Below, piece by piece: positions 31,156 to 41,618 of a stretch of DNA of 64,000 bases (its first letter is position 1; every line of letters starts with the position of its first letter). The notes beneath the pieces are model-generated. The model was given only the letters and a program-made list of their open reading frames with translations. It did not search any database and had not been told where the DNA came from. Source of the stretch: Sediminibacterium sp. (GTDB lineage Bacteria > Bacteroidota > Bacteroidia > Chitinophagales > Chitinophagaceae). A program made the position numbers and the translations under genes. The stretch covers positions 2,905-66,904 of the forward strand of contig JAQTZD010000005.1 in NCBI GenBank assembly GCA_028687975.1, given 5' to 3'.

Positions 31156-31923
31156 TTATTGCAGTGCATTGATGATGGCAACAAATTCATCCGCAACAAG
31201 TGAGGCACCGCCCACCAGTCCGCCATCCACATCGGGTTGCGAAAACAATTCCACTGCATTGGCAGCTTTTACACTACCACCATACAAAATGGAAATGGCA
31301 TTGGCTGTTTCCGCATTATAGGCTGCTGCTATATTTCCGCGGATAAACGCATGCATCTCCTGTGCCTGTGCACTGCTGGCGGTTTTACCCGTACCAATGG
31401 CCCAGATGGGTTCGTAGGCGATCACGACTTTACGCAGTTGATCGGCAGTTAAATGATACAGAGACTCCTTCAGTTGACGGGCTACATATTCATTTTGCGT
31501 ACCGGCTTCGCGAATAGCCAATGGCTCTCCGCAACAGAAGATGGGAGTAATATTGTTTTCGAGGCAGATATTGACTTTTTCGGCCAGAAATGCATTGCTT
31601 TCACTGAAATATGCCCTGCGCTCCGAATGCCCCAGTACCACATAATTTACGCCCAGTGAGCTCAGCATGTCTACGGAAATTTCTCCGGTATATGCGCCGC
31701 TTTTTTTACTGTGGCAGTTTTGTGCCGCTACAAACACCTGCTCTTTGTTCCGCAGTTTCTGCCTGGCCATGGTCAGGTAAGGCGCAGGAATGGCGAAGAT
31801 GACCTGCTGGTTTTCTTTCAGGGAATGAGGTTGACTGATGATATCGTCCAGCAGTTGTTCACCCTGCTGTAAGGTCAGGTTCATTTTCCAGTTCGCTGCT
31901 GCAATTTGCTTTCTCATACTCAT
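31156..31923 (-). CDS. tpiA: Triosephosphate isomerase
   Basis: AANWKMN, LGHSERR, AYEPIWAIGTG, LYGGSV, GGLVGGASL; start 31923 or 31917. Confidence 0.99.
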   Translation of the reverse strand: MSMRKQIAAANWKMNLTLQQGEQLLDDIISQPHSLKENQQVIFAIPAPYLTMARQKLRNKEQVFVAAQNCHSKKSGAYTGEISVDMLSSLGVNYVVLGHSERRAYFSESNAFLAEKVNICLENNITPIFCCGEPLAIREAGTQNEYVARQLKESLYHLTADQLRKVVIAYEPIWAIGTGKTASSAQAQEMHAFIRGNIAAAYNAETANAISILYGGSVKAANAVELFSQPDVDGGLVGGASLVADEFVAIINALQ

Positions 31924-31943
31924 TTGATTCTTGATTGCTTGGT

Positions 31944-33116
31944 TTATAAAGAGGAATGAAAGATATGTTTTAGTACATGAATTTCCGCATCGGATATTTT
32001 TTTACCCTTCATGTACTTCCAGTTATTGATATCGTTTATGGCTGCTTCAATATTGTATTTTTTGCCCTCGGTTCCCCAGCTGAAACTGGTGATGATCCTG
32101 GGAAGCAGGCCCGCTCCAAACACATTGCAGCAAAGGCCGATTACTGAACCAGTGTTTACGGAACTGTTGATGGCAAGCCGGGAATAATCGCCCATGATCA
32201 CGCCGCATTTCTGGCCAACCACTACCGATTCGCCCTCTCCCATGACCCATACTTTGATATCTCCCGCCGAATTTTTCAGGTTGCTGTTGGAACTGCCTGC
32301 ACCAAAATTGCACCACTCACCTACCACGGAATCGCCCAGGTAGCCATCGTGCGCTTTGTTGGAATAGCCCATCAGAATGGAGTTCTTGATTTCTCCGCCC
32401 CCCATGCAATAAGGTCCCAGCGTGGTGGCACCGTATACCCGGCTGTTCATTTTTAAAACGGAATGGTTGCCCAGTACAAAGGGTCCGCGAACCGCGGTAC
32501 CCTCCATGATCTCGGCATGTTTTCCGATATAAATAGGTCCGGTAGAAGCATTGAGGATACAGCATTCCAGCTTGGCACCTTCCTCAATAAAAATATTTTC
32601 CCGCTGCACAACCTGCACCGAAGGAGGAATTGGTTGTGAAGTACGTCCGTTGGTCACCAGCTTGAAATCTTCCCGGATCATGGATTCATTCAACTGCATC
32701 AGCTCCCAGGGATACTCGATCCTGGAACCCCCATCCGAAGAAAGGATTTCTGCAAAAAAAGACGCTGCTTCCGCAGGGTTAAAAGCAGTGAAAGCGCCTG
32801 TGGATTTACCGGCAACCAGGCCATCGCCTGCCACAAGGGCCTGCCCGGGTTTCAACTGCCGGATGGCTTCAACCAAATGAGTGGTCGGAATCACTGCGGC
32901 ATCAACCCAGGTATGCACATCGGGTTCCGGAACAGCAGGATAAAGCCCCTGGAGATAACCGGCAGTGTGCACGAATACGGTGTCCTGCAGCAGCCATTCC
33001 CAGCGCTCCCTGATGGTAAGGATACCAAACCTGAAATCGGCAATGGCTTTGTTGAGGGATAAGGGGGATAAACGGTCTCTGTGATTATTGTCGAATAAGA
33101 TGATGGCCATACACAA
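31944..33116 (-). CDS. GlmU-like putative sugar nucleotidyltransferase with hexapeptide repeats
   Basis: GILTIRERW N-domain; GPIYIG, GGEIKNS, NKAHDGYLGDSV-GEWCN-GA left-handed beta-helix region. Confidence 0.85.
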   Translation of the reverse strand: MCMAIILFDNNHRDRLSPLSLNKAIADFRFGILTIRERWEWLLQDTVFVHTAGYLQGLYPAVPEPDVHTWVDAAVIPTTHLVEAIRQLKPGQALVAGDGLVAGKSTGAFTAFNPAEAASFFAEILSSDGGSRIEYPWELMQLNESMIREDFKLVTNGRTSQPIPPSVQVVQRENIFIEEGAKLECCILNASTGPIYIGKHAEIMEGTAVRGPFVLGNHSVLKMNSRVYGATTLGPYCMGGGEIKNSILMGYSNKAHDGYLGDSVVGEWCNFGAGSSNSNLKNSAGDIKVWVMGEGESVVVGQKCGVIMGDYSRLAINSSVNTGSVIGLCCNVFGAGLLPRIITSFSWGTEGKKYNIEAAINDINNWKYMKGKKISDAEIHVLKHIFHSSL

Positions 33117-33186
33117 ATGTATTGCATATTCGTAATAATGAATTCTCCTTACCTTGCACGCTCAAACTTCCTAAACTTAAGTAACT

Positions 33187-34818
33187 ATGAGCATTGGTAC
33201 TTTCTCCTATCCGCAGCCGATTAATGAACCGGTTTTAGCTTATGCACCAGGCAGTCCGGAAAAAGCAGGACTTAAGAAGGCATTGGCCGAACTGAAGAAA
33301 AAGCAAATTGATATTCCGATGTACATTGGCGGCAAACAGGTTCGTACCGAAAAGAAAGTAGCCATTCATCCTCCGCACGAATTGAACCATGTGCTGGGAT
33401 ATTTTAATGCCGGAGAAGAGAAACATGCGGAGATGGCCGTTGCAGCAGCGTTGCAGGCCAAAGAAAAATGGGCTGCCATGAGTTGGGAAACCCGGGCGCA
33501 TATTTTTCTGAAAGCAGCCGATCTGCTGGCAACCAAATACCGGTACCAGATGGTGGCTGCCACCATGCTCGGACAAAGCAAGAACCCATTTCAATCCGAG
33601 ATCGACAGCGCCTGCGAACTGATCGATTTTCTGCGTTTCAATGTGCATTTTTTAAGTGAAATATACAAGCAGCAGCCTGTTTCCTCACCCGGGATTCATA
33701 ACCGGATGGAATGGCGCCCGCTGGAAGGTTTTGTTCTGGCGGTAACCCCTTTCAATTTTACCGCTATCGGAGGTAATCTGCCCACTTCTGCAGCCATGTG
33801 CGGCAACGTAGTGGTTTGGAAACCGGCCAATACACAGGTTTATTCTGCCCAGCTGTTTATGCGAATCCTGAAAGAAGCCGGCCTGCCGGACGGAGTCATT
33901 AACCTGGTGTATGTAGACGGTCCTACCATTGGCAAAGTATGCTTCGGACACAGCCATTTTGCAGGAGTGCATTTTACCGGTTCAACCGGCGTATTCAACA
34001 ATATGTGGAAAGTGATTGGCGAGAATATGGGACGGTACAGATCCTATCCCAGAATCGTAGGCGAAACCGGCGGCAAGGACTTTGTAATTGCGCACGCAAC
34101 TGCCGATGTGGATGCTGTGGTTACCGCACTTGCCAGAGGTGCTTTTGAATTCCAGGGACAGAAATGCTCCGCAGCTTCCAGGGCCTATATCCCCAGTAAT
34201 ATGGCGGAAGAGGTAAAACGCAAGCTGGTAGCCGCCGTTCAGTCCATGAAAATGGGTACGGTAGAGGATTTCACCAACTTCATCAATGCCGTAATAGACG
34301 AAAAAGCCTACAACAGCATTACCCGTTACATCATCAATGCCAAGAAGAACAAAAAGGTTAAAATCCTGGCAGGAGGCAATTTCAGCAAAACCAAGGGCTA
34401 TTTTATTGAGCCTACCATCATAGAAACCAGGGATCCTAAATCGGTGACCATGTGCGAGGAGATTTTTGGGCCGGTGCTCACGATTTACGTATATAAGGCC
34501 GATCAATTCGAGAAAACCCTGGATCTGTTAGACGGAACCTCCGCCTATGCCCTTACGGGAGCCGTTCTGGCCCGCGACAGGGCAGCTATTGAGCTGGCTA
34601 CCAATAAGCTCAGAAACGCCGCCGGGAACTTCTATATCAACGATAAGCCAACCGGCGCCGTGGTGGGCCAGCAGCCTTTTGGCGGAGCCAGGGCGTCCGG
34701 AACCAACGACAAGGCCGGAAGCATGCTGAACCTTTACCGGTGGCTGAGTGCAAGAACCATTAAAGAAACTTATAATCCTCCAACCCAATACGGATATCCG
34801 TTTTTACTGGAGGCCTAG
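33187..34818 (+). CDS. pruA: 1-pyrroline-5-carboxylate (L-glutamate gamma-semialdehyde) dehydrogenase
   Basis: PFNFTAIGGNL, FTGST, GETGGKDF, FQGQKCSA, EEIFGP, GQQPFGGARASGTNDK. Confidence 0.96.
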   Translation: MSIGTFSYPQPINEPVLAYAPGSPEKAGLKKALAELKKKQIDIPMYIGGKQVRTEKKVAIHPPHELNHVLGYFNAGEEKHAEMAVAAALQAKEKWAAMSWETRAHIFLKAADLLATKYRYQMVAATMLGQSKNPFQSEIDSACELIDFLRFNVHFLSEIYKQQPVSSPGIHNRMEWRPLEGFVLAVTPFNFTAIGGNLPTSAAMCGNVVVWKPANTQVYSAQLFMRILKEAGLPDGVINLVYVDGPTIGKVCFGHSHFAGVHFTGSTGVFNNMWKVIGENMGRYRSYPRIVGETGGKDFVIAHATADVDAVVTALARGAFEFQGQKCSAASRAYIPSNMAEEVKRKLVAAVQSMKMGTVEDFTNFINAVIDEKAYNSITRYIINAKKNKKVKILAGGNFSKTKGYFIEPTIIETRDPKSVTMCEEIFGPVLTIYVYKADQFEKTLDLLDGTSAYALTGAVLARDRAAIELATNKLRNAAGNFYINDKPTGAVVGQQPFGGARASGTNDKAGSMLNLYRWLSARTIKETYNPPTQYGYPFLLEA

Positions 34819-34874
34819 GAACCCTGTTTACTATCGACATTAACCCCTATATTTGCCCCTCAAATTTTTGAACA

Positions 34875-35870
34875 GTGCCGACAAAATTTTCTAAAGAAAC
34901 TTACCTCTATTGGTATGAGTTGATGCAGCTCATTCGTCAGTTCGAATTGAAGTCTGAAGAGATGTATAAAATGGCCGGAAAAATCCGTGGATTTTTCCAT
35001 GCTTATATTGGCCAGGAAGCAATTGCTGCCGGCTGTATGACTGCCACTTCTCCCGATGATCCGTTTATCACTGCCTACCGCGACCATGGTCTGGCATTGG
35101 CAAAAGGGGTATCGGCCAACTCCTGTATGGCAGAACTGTACGGTAAAGCAACCGGTTGCTCCAAAGGCAAAGGAGGCAGTATGCACTTCTTTAGCCTGGA
35201 ACACAGGTTCTTTGGCGGACACGGTATTGTAGGTGCCCAGATCGGTACCGGAGCCGGACTGGCTTTTGCCGAGAAATACAAAGGCACACAGAACGTTGTG
35301 CTTTGTTATTTCGGGGATGGCGCTGCCCGTCAGGGTATCCTCCATGAAACCTTTAACCTGGCGATGCTCTGGAAGCTGCCTGTTATCTTCATTTGCGAGA
35401 ACAACAACTACGCAATGGGTACGTCCATTTCCAGAACAAGTAATGTAATTGATATTTACAAACTGGCAGATGCCTATGATATGCCTGCAGATAAAGTGGA
35501 TGGCATGAATCCGGAGTCTGTTCACGATTCTGTGGCAAGGGCGGTTAAAAGAGCCAAAGAGGGCGATGGTCCTACCCTGCTCGAAATGAAAACCTACCGT
35601 TACAAGGGACACTCAGTTTCCGATCCGCAGAAATACCGCTCCAAGGAAGAAGTGGACGAGTACAAAGACCAGGATCCGATTGTGAAAGTAGCCAATACCA
35701 TTCTGGAGAATGCGTTTGCAACCAAAGAAGACCTTCAGGCAATTGATCAACGAATCATGGCCATTGTAGATGAATCCGTTCGGTTTGCGGAAGATAGCCC
35801 ATGGCCGGACGACGATGAAGTGCTGAAAGATGTTTATATAGACAACAACTATCCATTTATTACCGACTAA
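34875..35870 (+). CDS. pdhA: Pyruvate dehydrogenase E1 alpha subunit
   Basis: GFFHAYIGQEA, YRDHG, GSMH, TPP motif GDGAARQG...ENN, TYRYKGHSVSDP. Confidence 0.97.
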   Translation: MPTKFSKETYLYWYELMQLIRQFELKSEEMYKMAGKIRGFFHAYIGQEAIAAGCMTATSPDDPFITAYRDHGLALAKGVSANSCMAELYGKATGCSKGKGGSMHFFSLEHRFFGGHGIVGAQIGTGAGLAFAEKYKGTQNVVLCYFGDGAARQGILHETFNLAMLWKLPVIFICENNNYAMGTSISRTSNVIDIYKLADAYDMPADKVDGMNPESVHDSVARAVKRAKEGDGPTLLEMKTYRYKGHSVSDPQKYRSKEEVDEYKDQDPIVKVANTILENAFATKEDLQAIDQRIMAIVDESVRFAEDSPWPDDDEVLKDVYIDNNYPFITD

Positions 35871-35894
35871 CCAACAAAAGAATAAACAATTACA

Positions 35895-36587
35895 ATGAGC
35901 CAAAAACACGAAAGTGCAGTAGAAGCAACAGAAGTGCTGGTAAAAGCAGAATCTACCTGGAAGAAAATCCAAAAACCGGTGCTGGGCATTATTGCCGCAG
36001 TAGTATTGGTTGGCGGTGGATGGGTGGCCTACCAGGAGTATGTGATGAAGCCCAAAGAGGAAAAAGCAGCAGAAGCCATGTATAAAGCCGAACAATATTT
36101 TGCCATGGACTCTTCCAGACTGGTGCTGAACGGCGATGGCCAGTCGAAGGGCGTGCTGAATGTCATCAGCAATTTTGGCGGAACCAAAGCTGCTAATCTT
36201 GCACATTACTATGCAGGTATCAGCTACCTGAAGCTGGGCGAATACGAAAACGCGGTAAAGTACCTGAAAGATTTTTCAACAGACGCACACCAGATTCAGT
36301 TACTGGCGCTGGGTTGTCTGGGCGATGCTTATTCCGAACTGAAAAAGAACGACGAAGCGATTGCTGCTTATAAAAAAGCTGCTACAGTTTTTGAAAAAGA
36401 CGAGAACAACTCATCTGAGTACCTGTTCCGCGCTGCCCTCCTGCTGGAAGTAACTGGCAAAACCAAGGAAGCGCTGGAATTGTACAAGGAACTGAAAGCA
36501 AAATTCCCTAAAACCGATAAAGGGTTCCAGGCAGATAAATACATCTACCGGCTCAGCATCGAGAAAAACGACCTGACTGCTAAATAA
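35895..36587 (+). CDS. Membrane-anchored tetratricopeptide repeat protein (YfgM-like)
   Basis: N-terminal TM, TPR helices (AHYYAGISYLKLGEY..A); coupled to ribH. Confidence 0.85.
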   Translation: MSQKHESAVEATEVLVKAESTWKKIQKPVLGIIAAVVLVGGGWVAYQEYVMKPKEEKAAEAMYKAEQYFAMDSSRLVLNGDGQSKGVLNVISNFGGTKAANLAHYYAGISYLKLGEYENAVKYLKDFSTDAHQIQLLALGCLGDAYSELKKNDEAIAAYKKAATVFEKDENNSSEYLFRAALLLEVTGKTKEALELYKELKAKFPKTDKGFQADKYIYRLSIEKNDLTAK

Positions 36588-37066
36588 TGGCAACTAAAGG
36601 AAATATAACTTTAAACAAAGGCATCCCTGTTATTGAGGATGCCTTTGTTGTTATCGTTAAAACGGAGTGGAACAGCCATATCATCAATGCGTTGGAAAAA
36701 GGGGTCAAAAAAATCCTGAAAGCCCAGGGCGCCAGTTCCAAAACCATCACGGTTCCGGGTGCGTTCGAATTGCCCTTTGCGGTAAAGAACCACTATGCCT
36801 ATTCAAAGAAAATGCCGGATGCGTACATAACCCTGGGAACCATCATTCAGGGCGATACCCCGCATTTTGATTATGTATGCAAGGCTGTGACCGATGGTGT
36901 AGTACAACTGAACCTGAGTATAGATGTGCCGGTGATCTTTGGTGTATTAACGGTTTTAAACGAAGAACAGGCCCTGGAAAGAATTGGCGGCAAACATGGC
37001 CACAAAGGCGAAGAAGCAGCTGTTACCGCGCTTAAAATGATTGCACTGAACCGTTCCTTTAAATAA
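36587..37066 (+). CDS. ribH: 6,7-dimethyl-8-ribityllumazine synthase
   Basis: EWN, VPGAFELP, LG-II-GDTPHFDYVC, PVIFGVLT. Confidence 0.96.
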   Translation: MATKGNITLNKGIPVIEDAFVVIVKTEWNSHIINALEKGVKKILKAQGASSKTITVPGAFELPFAVKNHYAYSKKMPDAYITLGTIIQGDTPHFDYVCKAVTDGVVQLNLSIDVPVIFGVLTVLNEEQALERIGGKHGHKGEEAAVTALKMIALNRSFK

Positions 37067-37076
37067 GCTCCCGATC

Positions 37077-37796
37077 ATGATCGTACAGATTTTTGTTCCC
37101 TGCTTTATAGACCAGCTTTACCCGGATGTTGCTTTCAACATGGTGAAAGTGCTGGAGAAAGCGGGTTGCACCGTAAAGTACAACAAGAACCAGACCTGTT
37201 GCGGTCAGCCAGCTTTTAATGCCGGCTTTCATGGTGAAGCCAAAGAAGTATGTACCAAGTTTCTGAAAGACTTTGAGGGTTCAGAATACATTGTAGCCCC
37301 CAGTGCAAGTTGCGTGGGCTTTATAAAAAATTATTACCACCCGCTTTTTGAAAATTCAGCATATAAAAGCCAGGCCGAAAAAACAGCCGGGCGTATCCAC
37401 GAATTTTCCGACTTCCTGGTTAATGTGTTGAAACAGGATTCCTTCGGTGCCGTGCTGGAAGGAAAAGCAACCTACCACGACAGCTGCGCCGCTCTTCGGG
37501 AATGTAACCTGAAAACCGAACCAAGGCAATTGCTCAGTAAGGTTGCGGGCCTGGAACTGGTCGAAATGAACGACGTGGAAACATGCTGCGGATTTGGCGG
37601 CACATTTGCCGTAAAATTTGAGCCCATCAGTACTGCCATGGGCGACCAGAAAGTAACCAATGCAGCAGCCACCGGCGCTGAATACCTCATCAGTACCGAT
37701 ATGAGCTGCCTGATGCATATTGATGGCTGCGCCAGGCACAAGGAAACTAATTTGAAAGTAATGCACCTGGCAGACGTACTGGCCAGCGGCTGGTAA
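37077..37796 (+). CDS. CCG-domain Fe-S protein (LutA/YkgE family)
   Basis: TCCGQP--N-G, YHDSC, CCGFGGTFAVK, SCLMH. Confidence 0.9.
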   Translation: MIVQIFVPCFIDQLYPDVAFNMVKVLEKAGCTVKYNKNQTCCGQPAFNAGFHGEAKEVCTKFLKDFEGSEYIVAPSASCVGFIKNYYHPLFENSAYKSQAEKTAGRIHEFSDFLVNVLKQDSFGAVLEGKATYHDSCAALRECNLKTEPRQLLSKVAGLELVEMNDVETCCGFGGTFAVKFEPISTAMGDQKVTNAAATGAEYLISTDMSCLMHIDGCARHKETNLKVMHLADVLASGW

Positions 37797-37813
37797 CCCT
37801 CCTTAGAGGCCAC

Positions 37814-39778
37814 CTACTCTCCCAGCACCCATTCGTAATCCAGCTGACGCTTTTCGAGATTCGCCGCAATCACGCGGATCGATATTTTATCCCCCATTTT
37901 GAAGATTCTGCCACTCCTGCGGCCAACCAGGCTGTATTCGCTTTCTACCAGTCTGAAATCGTCGAATTCGCTGAGCCCTACAATGCTTACAAGGCCTTCA
38001 CATTTGTGGTCTACGGTTTCAACAAAGAGGCCAAAACTGGTTACACCGCTCACTATGCCTTCGAACACACTGCCCAGATGCGATTTCATGAACTCTACCT
38101 GTTTATACTTGTTCCCTGCGCGTTCACACTCCATGGCAGCTCTTTCGCGTTCACTGGTATGCCGGCATTTCTCTTCCATTTTTTTGTCGTTCATCGGTTT
38201 GCCTGCCAGCAAGGACTCCAGTACCCGGTGTGCCAGGATATCCGGATAACGGCGTATGGGCGAAGTAAAGTGGCAATAGTTTTCGAAGCCTAAACCGTAG
38301 TGGCCAATATTCTCCGTTTTGTACACCGCCTTGGCCATGGTACGGATACCCAATTGTTCCAGCACATGCTGCTCCGGCTTACCGTACGCATCTGCCAGCA
38401 TGGTATTAAAGCTTTTGGCAATGGCTTCCGGGCTCGACACATCGAACTGGTGCCCGTATTTTTTGGCGTATTGCACAAAGGGCGTTAGTTTTTCTTCGTC
38501 CGGCTCATCGTGTATCCGGTAAGGGAATGGGATGGGTTTCTTGTTGATGCTTTGTTTGGAAACATTCTCAGCCACCGTTCTGTTGGCCAGCAGCATGAAC
38601 TCTTCGATCAGCTGATGCGATTCCTTGCTTTCCTTTACTACAATCCCAACAGGTACTCCTTTCTCATCCAGTTTAAACCGAACTTCCTGAGAAGAGAAAC
38701 TGATGGCCCCATTGGCAAACCTTTTCTTGCGGAATTTCTGTGCAATGTTGTTCAGCAGCAGAATTTCTTCGTGATGCAGGCCTTTTCCGGTTTCGATGAT
38801 TTCCTGTACATCTTCGTAGGTGTACCGGTGATCGGAATGAATCAGGGTACGGCCTAACCAGTATTGCTTGATGTCTCCTTTGCCGTTCATCTGAAAAATA
38901 GCAGAGAACGTGAGCTTGTCTTCGTTTGGACGAAGCGAACAGAGTTCATTGGAAATTTTTTCGGGCAGCATGGGGTTTACCCGGTCTGGCAGGTAAACCG
39001 AAGTAGCGCGTTTATAGGCCTCCACATCCAGCTCTGTATCGGGCTGAACATAATGGCTAACATCGGCAATATGTACGCCAATTTCATATTTGTCGTTGCC
39101 CAGCTTTCTGAAAGAAATGGCATCATCAAAATCTTTTGCATCTACCGGATCAATTGTGAACGTAAGGATGTTTCTGCAATCCCTGCGCTTACTGATTTCT
39201 TCCGCATCAATGATCTCAGGAATCCGGGCAGCTTCTTCCATTACATCATCCGGAAAATGAAGCGGGAAACCGGCTTCGGCCAGAATTTCTTTCATAGCGC
39301 CGTCGTTCTCACTGTCTGCCAGCAATACACTCACAACGGCACCCACCGGCTTCTTGTCTTCTTTATCCCATTTCACCAGCCGCACAATTACCCTTTCCTT
39401 GTGTTTTGCACCATTCAGTTCATTCATCGGAATATAAAGATCCGGCATGGGCTTATCTGTATCGGGTACAAAAAAAGCATGGTGCGCAGAAAGCTGAATA
39501 TGTCCTACAAACTCTGTTTGTTTCCTGCTGACCACCTCGGTAATCTTGCCTTCTTTTTTTCCCGTACGGGCATTTTCTTTGATAATTTTGACCCTTACGG
39601 TATCCCCATGCAATGCAGTGGAAAAATCATTGGGACGAACCAGTATATCAATCGGTTCGTTTTCTGCCACCACATAACCCATTCCGGAACGGGTTACATC
39701 GAGTTTTCCTTTTATCGTTTGAACAGCGATGGATTTTGCCTTCTTTTTTTGTTTGGATTTTGTTTTCTTCTTTGTCAT
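37814..39778 (-). CDS. rnr: Ribonuclease R
   Basis: TIDPVDAKDFDDA, HIADVSHY, HFTSPIRRYPD, C-terminal S1 domain. Confidence 0.96.
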   Translation of the reverse strand: MTKKKTKSKQKKKAKSIAVQTIKGKLDVTRSGMGYVVAENEPIDILVRPNDFSTALHGDTVRVKIIKENARTGKKEGKITEVVSRKQTEFVGHIQLSAHHAFFVPDTDKPMPDLYIPMNELNGAKHKERVIVRLVKWDKEDKKPVGAVVSVLLADSENDGAMKEILAEAGFPLHFPDDVMEEAARIPEIIDAEEISKRRDCRNILTFTIDPVDAKDFDDAISFRKLGNDKYEIGVHIADVSHYVQPDTELDVEAYKRATSVYLPDRVNPMLPEKISNELCSLRPNEDKLTFSAIFQMNGKGDIKQYWLGRTLIHSDHRYTYEDVQEIIETGKGLHHEEILLLNNIAQKFRKKRFANGAISFSSQEVRFKLDEKGVPVGIVVKESKESHQLIEEFMLLANRTVAENVSKQSINKKPIPFPYRIHDEPDEEKLTPFVQYAKKYGHQFDVSSPEAIAKSFNTMLADAYGKPEQHVLEQLGIRTMAKAVYKTENIGHYGLGFENYCHFTSPIRRYPDILAHRVLESLLAGKPMNDKKMEEKCRHTSERERAAMECERAGNKYKQVEFMKSHLGSVFEGIVSGVTSFGLFVETVDHKCEGLVSIVGLSEFDDFRLVESEYSLVGRRSGRIFKMGDKISIRVIAANLEKRQLDYEWVLGE

Positions 39779-40860
39779 GATTCGGGATTAAAAGAGAAAT
39801 TACGGATAAAATTTACCAGTATCTCATCGAACTTGGGCCCCTCGTCGAAAAGAAAGCGATGACGGATAGGGATTACGTATAAAGGCACATTTATTAATTG
39901 ATCTCTGAACTTTATCAGTCTGACCGCGTCTTTCTCTGTAGTTAAAATTAATTTGTCTCTTGCGGGTATGGCATCGAATTTTTCACAGATCTCTCTGAGA
40001 TCGTCAATGGAAAAAATATGGTGATCGGAATAATCCTGCTGGTAATACGCATGTGTATGGTGCAGCAGGTAGTCTTTTAATGGTTTTGGGTTGGCAATGC
40101 CACAGACCAGCAACACTTCATCTTCCTGGGTAATAATACATTTTTCCGCCACATCACAGATATGGTAAGGAATTCCATACTGAATGGCGGTAAAGAACAC
40201 CCGTTGTGCCGGCAATGGCTTCAATTCGCGCAGAATACCAGCCTTGGCCTCTTCAGAAAGGTCGGGCGGACATTTTGTTACGACAATGATATTGGCTCTT
40301 TTGGCAGCAGCCCGTTCATCGCGGAGATCTCCTGTTGGCAGAAAAAAATCGTTGGTGTATAAGTTACTGTATTCTGTAAGCAGGATATTGAACCCGGCCC
40401 GAACAGTTCTGTGCTGAAAAGCATCGTCGAGAATGATCGCCTGTAATTCCGGATGATCCTGCAATAAATGGGGGATGGCCACAATTCTTTCCTCCCCGAC
40501 CGCAACAGCAATATTGGGATTTTTCAGGTAAAACTGCATGGGCTCATCGCCAATTTCCAATGCAGTGGTATTGGAATCTGCCAATGCATATCCCTTGGTT
40601 TTTCTTTTGTACCCTCTGCTCAATGTGGCAATGCGAAACTCCGTACTCAGCAAACCAGTCAGGTATTCTACCATGGGGGATTTACCTGTACCTCCCACGG
40701 CCAGGTTCCCCACACAAATGATGGGAAAGTTAAACGCTGCAGATGCAAGCCATTTCTTATCGTACATCCGGTTCCTGATGATTACGATGATTCCATAGAG
40801 GATTGCAATCGGCAGAAGCAATACACGAAATGATTTTAAAAAAACCGTATTAAAATTCAT
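39775..40860 (-). CDS. lpxK: Tetraacyldisaccharide 4'-kinase
   Basis: VGNLAVGGTGKSP, LSRGYKR, GDEP, LDDAFQH, LPTGDLR, TTEKDAVR. Confidence 0.96.
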   Translation of the reverse strand: MNFNTVFLKSFRVLLLPIAILYGIIVIIRNRMYDKKWLASAAFNFPIICVGNLAVGGTGKSPMVEYLTGLLSTEFRIATLSRGYKRKTKGYALADSNTTALEIGDEPMQFYLKNPNIAVAVGEERIVAIPHLLQDHPELQAIILDDAFQHRTVRAGFNILLTEYSNLYTNDFFLPTGDLRDERAAAKRANIIVVTKCPPDLSEEAKAGILRELKPLPAQRVFFTAIQYGIPYHICDVAEKCIITQEDEVLLVCGIANPKPLKDYLLHHTHAYYQQDYSDHHIFSIDDLREICEKFDAIPARDKLILTTEKDAVRLIKFRDQLINVPLYVIPIRHRFLFDEGPKFDEILVNFIRNFSFNPES

Positions 40861-41416
40861 AAATATGCTGTGGGGTAAGTCCGACGGTTAAAGGTATATC
40901 AAATTCATGGGTATCACTAATGGCTTCAACCGGCTCAAAATAAGAAAGGCCCACTATCGCGGCATCCGCTCTGCATTGTGCCAGGAAACGATCGTAATAG
41001 CCTTTCCCAAAGCCCAGCCGGTGCCCCTTGAGGTCGAACACCAGTAAGGGTACCAGGATCATATCTATGTCCTGTGGTGAAACTACCGAACCGGATCCGG
41101 GTTCCGTAATACCCCATTTGTTGGTGTCGTAAACCGTGTCTTCATTGATCAGAATGGCCTCCATGGTTTCCTTCCCGTTCACTTTCGGATACAGGATGTT
41201 TAATCCGGGAATCATGTGACGCAGGTAACCGGAAAAAAGATGTGTATTAGGCTCAGCCTGGTGTTGCATAGGCCAGTAAGTCATCAAACACTGTATTCCG
41301 GAAAAGTCGATTTGCTGAAACTGCAGCAGCAATAAATCGTTCAGCCGGAGTTGATGCCCCGGAGAAAGCGTACTGCGCTTTTTTTTGTATTCGGTTCTGA
41401 GTGCTGTTTTATTCAT
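40850..41416 (-). CDS. 5-formyltetrahydrofolate cyclo-ligase
   Basis: MNKTALR, WGITEP, VPLLVFD--GHRLGFGKGYYDRFL; start moved to 41416. Confidence 0.93.
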   Translation of the reverse strand: MNKTALRTEYKKKRSTLSPGHQLRLNDLLLLQFQQIDFSGIQCLMTYWPMQHQAEPNTHLFSGYLRHMIPGLNILYPKVNGKETMEAILINEDTVYDTNKWGITEPGSGSVVSPQDIDMILVPLLVFDLKGHRLGFGKGYYDRFLAQCRADAAIVGLSYFEPVEAISDTHEFDIPLTVGLTPQHIYEF

Positions 41417-41579
41417 ATACCTGAGCAATGATGGATTTCTGTGAAGTACTGATTTCCAATGCCTGGTAATGAAAAAATGCAGTAACATCAATCAGATGAT
41501 TCATACTGCAAAATACCGAAAGGATAAGCAAAATGATACATTTGGCAGCACAATCGGCTGAATTTCCAAAATGTATTGC

Positions 41580-41607
41580 CGGGTAAGGCCGCTACGGGCC
41601 TTACCCG
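41580..41607. terminator. Perfect 11-bp hairpin just downstream of the small minus-strand gene (probable terminator or processing site)
   Basis: CGGGTAAGGCC gctacg GGCCTTACCCG; no strong U-tract. Confidence 0.5.
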
Positions 41608-41618
41608 ATTTCACTGTA

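Noticed and set aside
37077-37796. LutA-like gene without lutB/lutC
   Set aside because: Split lactate-utilisation genes are unremarkable; the partners may lie elsewhere in the genome.
38864-39862. 332-aa plus-strand ORF; similar long ORFs at 52425-53273, 34860-35612, 55725-56432, 11247-11873, 28625-29200 and 35613-36206
   Set aside because: Each is antisense to a well-supported gene (rnr, nagB, pdhA, IPCS, ABC permease, lepA, TPR) and has no recognisable motifs; these are shadow ORFs.
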